DNA of 64,000 nucleotides from an uncultured Clostridia bacterium (GTDB lineage Bacteria; Bacillota; Dehalobacteriia; UBA4068; CALXSR01): NCBI GenBank assembly GCA_944391215.1, contig CALXSR010000010.1, positions 28,547 to 92,546 of the forward strand, read 5' to 3'. Shown piece by piece: positions 57,755 to 64,000 of this stretch (position 1 is its first letter; each line of letters starts with the position of its first letter). The notes under the pieces were generated by a model. It saw only the letters and a program-made list of their open reading frames with translations, ran no database searches and was not told where the DNA came from. The position numbers and the translations under genes were made by a program.

Positions 57755-59584
57755 TTATTCCACTGTAACACTTTTTGCCAAATTACGCGGCTGATCCACA
57801 TCGCAACCACGTTCAATAGCCGTATAATAAGAAAGTAACTGCAAGGGAACCACGCTTAAAATTGGCGCCAGCAAATCGTCGGTTTGTGGCAAATATACCA
57901 CATGATCCACCGTTTTTGTCAAATCCGTATTTCCTTCATAGGTAAAACCAACTACATAAGCGCCACGTGCTTTTACCTCTTTGATATTACTAATCATTTT
58001 CTCATAAACATCCATTTGAGTCGCCAAAGCCAAAATAGGTACATCCTCCTCAATTAAAGCTAAAGTACCATGTTTTAGCTCACCAGCAGCATAAGCCTCC
58101 GCCCGGATATAAGAAATTTCTTTCATTTTTAAAGCGCCTTCTAAAACCACCGCATAATCCATACCACGGCCCAAATAAAAGATATCGTTTTTTTGCGCGA
58201 ATCGTTTGGCTAATTGTTGTAATTCCGGTACCAGGTTCTGCAAAATTTCTTCCACCTGATGCGGCAAACGATAAATCGCTTCCATCATTTTTTGCCTAGT
58301 TGGCAAATCAATTTTATCTAATAAATCACCCAAATATAAAGTTAACAAATAAACAGCCATCAACTGCGTTAAGTAAGCTTTTGTAGAAGCTACCGCAATT
58401 TCTGGTCCAGCCCAGGTATAAATAATATCATCCGCTTCGCGGCTAATGCTAGAGCCCAAAACATTCGTGATAGCTACCACCCGCGCCCCTTTCTTTTTGC
58501 CTTCTCGCAACGCAGCTAAGGTATCCGCTGTTTCTCCAGACTGCGATACTACCACCAAAAGAGTATTTTGATCTACCATCGGATCCCGATAACGAAATTC
58601 GGAAGCAATATCCACTTCTACTGGAATCCGCAATAATTTCTCAATCGCATATTTCGCAACCAAACCAGCATGATAGGCTGTACCACAAGCAACTACTGCA
58701 ATTTTATGAATTCTTTGCGCTTCTTCTTTACTCATGGAAAAATCGTGAAAATAAACTTTCCCATGTTCCTCTTCGATACGTCCCTGTAAAGTTTGGTTTA
58801 AAGCCCACGGTTGCTCATGGATTTCTTTAAGCATAAAATGCGCATAACCGCCTTTTTTAGAGGCTTCCGCATCCCAGTCAATACGCACAATTTCTTTTTT
58901 CACTTTCTGGCCATTGGCATAAACATCTACCCGATCCTGGTAAATAGCAGCCAGTTCACCATCTTGTAAAATTAAAATATTACGAGTGCTGTTAATAATA
59001 GCCGGAATATCCGAAGCAAAAAAGTTTTCATTGTCGCCCAACCCAATAATCAAAGGATTATCTTTTCTGGCAGCCACCAAAACATCGGGTTCCTTCACAC
59101 AAATGGCAACAATCGCATAAGAGCCACGCATTTTTTTAGTGGCTTTTTCCATTGCCTGCAATAAATTACCCTCATAATACTCTTCCAATAAATGCGGAAT
59201 CACCTCTGTATCCGTATCCGATACAAAAACATGACCCTTTTGTTCCAACTCCTCTTTAATTTGCAAATAATTTTCAATAATACCATTATGTACTACGGCA
59301 ATTTCTTTATGACAATCCATATGCGGATGGGAATTTTCATCGCTAGGTCGACCATGCGTTGCCCAACGCGTATGAGCAATTCCTACCTTTGCCTGCCCAA
59401 AATTGCCAGCAATTTTTTCTTCTAAAACACAAATTTTCCCTTTCGCTTTTTGCACTTGCAGCTGTCCGTTTTCAATAACAGCAGTACCAGCGGAATCATA
59501 ACCACGATATTCTAAACTTTTTAATCCATGCAAAAGTAAAGGAATTGCTTTTTGTTCCCCAATATATCCAATAATCCCACACAA
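57755..59584 (-). CDS. glmS: Glutamine--fructose-6-phosphate aminotransferase GlmS
   Basis: CGIIGYIG N-terminal nucleophile plus a SIS domain. Start re-called to TTG at 59584 so that Cys is residue 2, with an AAAGGTGG RBS 8 nt upstream. Confidence 0.95.
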   Translation of the reverse strand: MCGIIGYIGEQKAIPLLLHGLKSLEYRGYDSAGTAVIENGQLQVQKAKGKICVLEEKIAGNFGQAKVGIAHTRWATHGRPSDENSHPHMDCHKEIAVVHNGIIENYLQIKEELEQKGHVFVSDTDTEVIPHLLEEYYEGNLLQAMEKATKKMRGSYAIVAICVKEPDVLVAARKDNPLIIGLGDNENFFASDIPAIINSTRNILILQDGELAAIYQDRVDVYANGQKVKKEIVRIDWDAEASKKGGYAHFMLKEIHEQPWALNQTLQGRIEEEHGKVYFHDFSMSKEEAQRIHKIAVVACGTAYHAGLVAKYAIEKLLRIPVEVDIASEFRYRDPMVDQNTLLVVVSQSGETADTLAALREGKKKGARVVAITNVLGSSISREADDIIYTWAGPEIAVASTKAYLTQLMAVYLLTLYLGDLLDKIDLPTRQKMMEAIYRLPHQVEEILQNLVPELQQLAKRFAQKNDIFYLGRGMDYAVVLEGALKMKEISYIRAEAYAAGELKHGTLALIEEDVPILALATQMDVYEKMISNIKEVKARGAYVVGFTYEGNTDLTKTVDHVVYLPQTDDLLAPILSVVPLQLLSYYTAIERGCDVDQPRNLAKSVTVE

Positions 59585-59612
59585 AGGAATAACCACCTTT
59601 CCCCCACACCAT

Positions 59613-60947
59613 TTAGTTTAATTCTTTGCTTGCGGTAGCGGCAATCTCCTGAATAATCTCTTGTAACATAGTTAATTCCGGACCTTCTGTCATAATACGA
59701 ATTAAGGATTCCGTACCAGAAGGCCGCACTAAAACACGACCACTCCCAGCTAAAATTTGCTCCGCCCTTTTTACCGCTTCCAGCATGGCATTGCTTTCTT
59801 GCCAAGCTTTATTCTTCACCGGCACATTCATTAGAACTTGCGGCATTTTCACCATAATTTTTGCTAATTCTTTTAAACTTTTTCCGGTTTCCTGCATAAT
59901 AGAAAGTAGCATTAAAGCACTTACCAAGCCATCACCAGTAGTATTATATTCAGAAAAAATAATATGCCCGGATTGTTCTCCACCCATAACAGCGCCGATT
60001 TCCAACATTTTAGCTAAAACATAACGATCCCCAACTTGCGCCTCAAAAACCCGAATATTATCTTTCTCCATTGCTAATTTTAAGCCCAAATTACTCATTG
60101 AAGTTACTACCATTTGTTGCTTGGTTAAACATCCCTTTTGCAGCAAATAATGCGCGCAAATGGACATAATTTGATCTCCATCTAACAAAATGCCCTCTTC
60201 ATCCACTGCTAAAAGGCGATCGGCATCCCCGTCAAAAGCCAGCCCAATAGCATTATCTGTTTGACGTACCATTGCCATCAATTGTTCCGGATGAGTACTT
60301 CCGCAATCGTGATTGATATTCAAACCATTCGGGTGACAACAAATTGCCTTTACCGAGGCACCCAAATGGGTAAAAAGCTGTGGCGCAATGTTGCTGGCCG
60401 CCCCATTTGCTCCATCGATAACTATGTTATGCCTATTTAACTGTAATGGAAACTTCTCTTCCAAATAAATACGATAATCATCGATATAAGAAAAAGCATT
60501 TTGGATTCTACCCGGAATAATATTTTCAAAGTTGGGCCATGGCCTTTGCTCCAACAAAAATTCTTCTATTTCCGCTTCCATCGCATCGGATAATTTATAG
60601 CCATTTTCGGCAAAAAACTTAATACCATTATCTTGAGCCGGATTATGAGAAGCAGAAATAACCGCTCCCGCATCCGCTTTTTTATTTTTCACCAAGTAAG
60701 CAACGCCAGGGGTAGGAATTACGCCAAGCAAAAATACATTTGCTCCAGCGGAAGCCAACCCCGCTGCCAAGGCTGCTTCCAACATATCCCCAGAAATACG
60801 AGTATCCTTACCAATGAAAAAAACAGGTTCTGGTTTTTGTTCCGCTAAAACAATAGCGGCGGCTCTCCCCAAACGATACGCCAATTCTACCGTTAATGTT
60901 TTATTGGCTTTGCCACGTATCCCATCGGTTCCAAACAACTTACCCAA
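59613..60947 (-). CDS. glmM: Phosphoglucosamine mutase
   Basis: MGKLFGTDGIRGKAN N-terminus and the SASHNP phospho-Ser motif. Confidence 0.95.
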   Translation of the reverse strand: MGKLFGTDGIRGKANKTLTVELAYRLGRAAAIVLAEQKPEPVFFIGKDTRISGDMLEAALAAGLASAGANVFLLGVIPTPGVAYLVKNKKADAGAVISASHNPAQDNGIKFFAENGYKLSDAMEAEIEEFLLEQRPWPNFENIIPGRIQNAFSYIDDYRIYLEEKFPLQLNRHNIVIDGANGAASNIAPQLFTHLGASVKAICCHPNGLNINHDCGSTHPEQLMAMVRQTDNAIGLAFDGDADRLLAVDEEGILLDGDQIMSICAHYLLQKGCLTKQQMVVTSMSNLGLKLAMEKDNIRVFEAQVGDRYVLAKMLEIGAVMGGEQSGHIIFSEYNTTGDGLVSALMLLSIMQETGKSLKELAKIMVKMPQVLMNVPVKNKAWQESNAMLEAVKRAEQILAGSGRVLVRPSGTESLIRIMTEGPELTMLQEIIQEIAATASKELN

Positions 60948-60959
60948 ATAAGTCTCCTC

Positions 60960-62162
60960 CTACTTCTCACTTATGGTTAATTTTACTTCTTGTATCTCCA
61001 TACGAACCAAACTAATACTGTCCATCGCTTCCATTTGCACTGTTACGGTATGCTCGCCAACCGTTAGCTCATTTGCATCCACAAATAAATGAATGCTTCC
61101 TTTTTCTAATGCTTGCAAAATCGCCGGCGCCGCAGCTAATGTAATATCCGTACTTGCCACATCTAAAGAGCCATTGAAAGCTTCTCCTAAATTACGAATT
61201 TCAATGGGAACATCGCTAAACGATTTATCGCCCCCATGCTCGATTTGTATGAATACATTGACGGTACTTTCACCATCAATTTGCACGCCATCCGGTAAAA
61301 TTAAATTTGATTGTACAGTAATATCTCTGGTAGCACCATTAATATCTACATCTTCCGTATACAAATAGGTAATCGAATCTATAATATTATATGCCCCCAA
61401 AATTTTTACAACAGACGGTTCTACCACTACCCGACTTACAATATAGTCGGAAGCAGGAGAGCCATTAATCCGCGCAGTTACGGGGACCTGTTTTGATGGC
61501 ATATCTTCTACCACAGGAATAAACACGGCAACCTCCGCCGGACTTACCGTCAATAGATTATTGTTTTTCTCATTATTGGTCATATTGATAACAACAGGCA
61601 ACTTTTGCAAATAATTTGCGTCTATACCAGTAAGATTTGCTTCCACCGTAACCGATTTAATTTCGTCCAACTTGCTTTGCGGGCCGGAAACAATGGCCTC
61701 CGTCGGCGTAACTGACGCTGTTAAAGCAGTATAGCCTTCTTGCAAATCCCCTTTTACAATTACCTCAACCGGTAATTGCATGGTAGAAATTTGTTCAATA
61801 TTAATGGTAACACTCGCTGGGTTTACTGATATTTTTTCTACTTTATCCGGCAAAATTAAATGCACTGATTCGGTTCTCTGTCCTTCCACCGCATTTTCCA
61901 ATACAATATAAGCGCGGATATCCTGCGTCCCCAACTGCTCTAATATCTGCTTAGGTCCCTTAACCCTAACACTTACTTGACTGGGCATATCCGCTACGAC
62001 CAAATTGGAGGACAGCTCTCTGGTTTCTAAAGGGATTTCTAATAAACGTTCGCCAACTGTATTTTGGGTTTGCAATACATAAAACCATAACAATAAGGCC
62101 AAAGCAACAGCGCCTATTTTATACCAAAAATTATTGATGGCAGTTATTTCACTTTTTTTCAT
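60960..62162 (-). CDS. cdaR: CdaA regulatory protein CdaR (YbbR-like domains)
   Basis: N-terminal TM and repeated YbbR-like beta-rich domains. Position between cdaA and glmM. Confidence 0.85.
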   Translation of the reverse strand: MKKSEITAINNFWYKIGAVALALLLWFYVLQTQNTVGERLLEIPLETRELSSNLVVADMPSQVSVRVKGPKQILEQLGTQDIRAYIVLENAVEGQRTESVHLILPDKVEKISVNPASVTINIEQISTMQLPVEVIVKGDLQEGYTALTASVTPTEAIVSGPQSKLDEIKSVTVEANLTGIDANYLQKLPVVINMTNNEKNNNLLTVSPAEVAVFIPVVEDMPSKQVPVTARINGSPASDYIVSRVVVEPSVVKILGAYNIIDSITYLYTEDVDINGATRDITVQSNLILPDGVQIDGESTVNVFIQIEHGGDKSFSDVPIEIRNLGEAFNGSLDVASTDITLAAAPAILQALEKGSIHLFVDANELTVGEHTVTVQMEAMDSISLVRMEIQEVKLTISEK

Positions 62163-62988
62163 TCTTATTTCCTCCTTTTTTCCAAAAAGGAGTAATGCTG
62201 TCAGATTTCGTTAATAATATATCCGACAAAGTCTCCCGTAGATGTTTTTCTTCCAAATAACGGACTAATTTACCATCTCTGGCAATTGAAATAATACCAG
62301 TTTCTTCCGATACGACTAAAGCTACTGCATCAGAAACTTCTGTAATCCCAATCGCCGCCCGATGTCTGGTGCCCAAAGAAGTGCTGATATAAGGATTATC
62401 GGAAAGAGGCAAAAAACAAGCAGCTGCTACCACCCGGTTTCCGCGAATAATGGCAGCACCGTCATGTAAAGGCGTATTAACCACAAAAACATTGCTTAAA
62501 AAAGCTTCCGATACAATGGCGTCTAATTGTACCCCGGTTTCAATATAATCGTTCAAACCGGTTTCTCGTTCTAAAACCACTAAAGCACCCGTTTTGGTTT
62601 TGGCGCAAGCCACCATTGCTTTGGTTAATTCGTCAATTAAACGAACCGCATCATCGGCCACCAAACCAACGCTAGTACTAGGCAAAAAGAATTGCCCGCG
62701 GCCTAATTGCTCCAAAGCGCGGCGCAGTTCTGGTTGGAAAATAACCGCCAAAGCGACAAACACAACCGCCCAAATTTGATTTAGAATCCATTGAATCGTA
62801 TTTAAGCTCAATAGGTCGCTAATATTTAAAGCGATTAAAAGGACAACAATTCCTTTGATTAATTGTACCGCACGCGTGCCTTTAATCAGCAACAAAATAC
62901 GATAAATCACATAAGCAACAATGGTAATATCCAATAATGAAGTAAAAACAGTAACAATATCCCATTGTGGCCAATTAATAAAAGGCAA
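62149..62988 (-). CDS. cdaA: Diadenylate cyclase CdaA (DisA_N domain)
   Basis: Three N-terminal TM helices, and DAC-domain motifs including DGA (in TPLHDGAAIIRG) and GTRHRAA. Confidence 0.9.
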   Translation of the reverse strand: MPFINWPQWDIVTVFTSLLDITIVAYVIYRILLLIKGTRAVQLIKGIVVLLIALNISDLLSLNTIQWILNQIWAVVFVALAVIFQPELRRALEQLGRGQFFLPSTSVGLVADDAVRLIDELTKAMVACAKTKTGALVVLERETGLNDYIETGVQLDAIVSEAFLSNVFVVNTPLHDGAAIIRGNRVVAAACFLPLSDNPYISTSLGTRHRAAIGITEVSDAVALVVSEETGIISIARDGKLVRYLEEKHLRETLSDILLTKSDSITPFWKKGGNKNEKK

Positions 62989-63152
62989 AGCGCGACACCT
63001 CCTGTATGAAACATGTTTTAAAAGGGTTTTTATCTTTCGTTTAATTCGACAAGAGAAAAAAAATACCTCTTATAATTTCCAAATTCCCTTTAAACATTTG
63101 GTGAATTATAGTAGAATAGGAAAATAAAGCTTTAAGATGAAGGTAGGTTGCC

Positions 63153-63899
63153 ATGAAAATAAGTAAAAATTATATCATGCTTACAATATTCTGTTTAATA
63201 ACAGGATTTCTGTTGGTTACTTCTATCCGTTCTCAAGATATCAATTCCGGTACTACTGAGGCCAACCGCAACCGCATGGCCATTGAATTGATTGATTCTT
63301 TGGAAGAACAAAGCTTGAAGTTAGAAACTTCGATTGGTCTGTTGCGCGATGATATCGAAAAAATACAAATCCAACAAACCGCAGGGGAAGACGCTTTAAC
63401 CGATATGCAGAACCTTTTAGAAGAATTAAAAATGATCGCCGGTTATAACCAAGTGGAAGGGCCCGGTTTACTTATTACCCTGGATGATAATACAGCTGGA
63501 GCAGAGTTGGCAAAATCAAAAAACCCCCAAAATTATTTTCCAGAGTATTATATTATTCATGATAAAAATTTGCTTTACTTGGTTAATTCTTTAGCGAACC
63601 TGAGCGAAGGAATTTCCATTAACAATCAACGCATTACAGCAACTTCCGATATTCGCTGTGTTGGTACCGTTATTATGGTAAATTCCACACGCTTAGCGCC
63701 TCCTTACGAAATTCGAATTATTGGAAATGTAGAGGAATTAGAAAAAGCCCTTTTGGAATCGAATGAATATCTTTCCTTAAAATTAAGAGAAATTCCCATT
63801 AAAATCTCTAAGGAAAATAAATTAACATTACCTGCCTATTCTAGTCGCTCTTCTTTTACTTATACGCAAATGGTAAAAGAGGCAGAAGAAAAAGAGTAA
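63153..63899 (+). CDS. DUF881 (YlxW/YlxX-like) membrane-anchored protein
   Basis: N-terminal TM, coiled-coil segment, C-terminal DUF881-like region. Family call from memory. Confidence 0.55.
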   Translation: MKISKNYIMLTIFCLITGFLLVTSIRSQDINSGTTEANRNRMAIELIDSLEEQSLKLETSIGLLRDDIEKIQIQQTAGEDALTDMQNLLEELKMIAGYNQVEGPGLLITLDDNTAGAELAKSKNPQNYFPEYYIIHDKNLLYLVNSLANLSEGISINNQRITATSDIRCVGTVIMVNSTRLAPPYEIRIIGNVEELEKALLESNEYLSLKLREIPIKISKENKLTLPAYSSRSSFTYTQMVKEAEEKE

Positions 63900-64000
63900 G
63901 GAAAAATAAAATACGGAGAAAAATTTCTTTTCTCTAGTATACCAAATAAGGAGAGAATCTATTATGTGGCTTCCACTTTTCGGCTTATTAGTTGGTATTA

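Noticed and set aside
59585-59612. Looked for a glmS ribozyme between glmM and glmS
   Set aside because: Only 28 nt of intergenic sequence, and no conserved ribozyme core motifs. Not present at this locus.
1-64000. Scanned for CRISPR repeats, transposase or integrase genes, tRNA cloverleafs and rRNA
   Set aside because: No regularly spaced direct repeats. No transposase-, integrase- or recombinase-like ORFs. No tRNA-like or rRNA-like segments.

Overview
This window reads as conserved core chromosome of an endospore-forming Firmicute, with gene order closer to Clostridia/Negativicutes than to Bacillus. Coding is dense and mostly on the minus strand. I found no mobile elements, CRISPR arrays, tRNAs or rRNAs.

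Gene content, in order along the window:
- Sporulation: the spoIIIA operon (AA to AE, plus a truncated AF at the window edge), a spoVAC-spoVAD-spoVAEb operon, the spore protease gpr, an alpha/beta-type SASP, and ylbJ.
- Translation and ribosome biogenesis: efp, the ylxM-ffh-rpsP-KH-rimM-trmD-rplS operon, rpmF, rpmB.
- Envelope, division and lipid: ftsY, smc, rnc, acpP, plsX, orphan comEC, a polysaccharide deacetylase.
- Housekeeping: ackA, methionine-salvage mtaD/mtnP, recG, yloV and an Asp23-family gene.
- An FMN-riboswitch-controlled ribDE(BA)H operon.
- The rpe-rsgA-prkC-prpC-rlmN-rsmB-fmt-def-priA block.
- The cdaA-cdaR-glmM-glmS operon.

Nothing here amounts to a clearly novel multi-gene system. 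The observations most worth a second look are:
- A DHA3/Mef-like MFS efflux gene preceded by a long leader carrying a 7-codon uORF and a terminator-like hairpin, a candidate attenuation-controlled exporter.
- A sensor diguanylate cyclase gene (TM, Cache-like, TM, PAS, GGDEF) broken by five frame disruptions, all at or apparently at homopolymer runs.
- A perfect 12-bp inverted repeat bracketing a consensus sigma-A promoter ahead of ylxM-ffh.
- trmD fused in frame to a second SPOUT-like methyltransferase domain.
- An MFS transporter gene sitting inside the rpsP-rimM-trmD ribosomal operon.
- glmS immediately downstream of glmM with no room for a glmS ribozyme.
- An acidic, Cys-rich, zinc-ribbon-like protein between efp and spoIIIAA.

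Several start codons were re-called from RBS positions, including TTG starts for glmS and spoIIIAA and a GTG start for efp. All domain and family calls rest on motif recognition from memory, not database searches.
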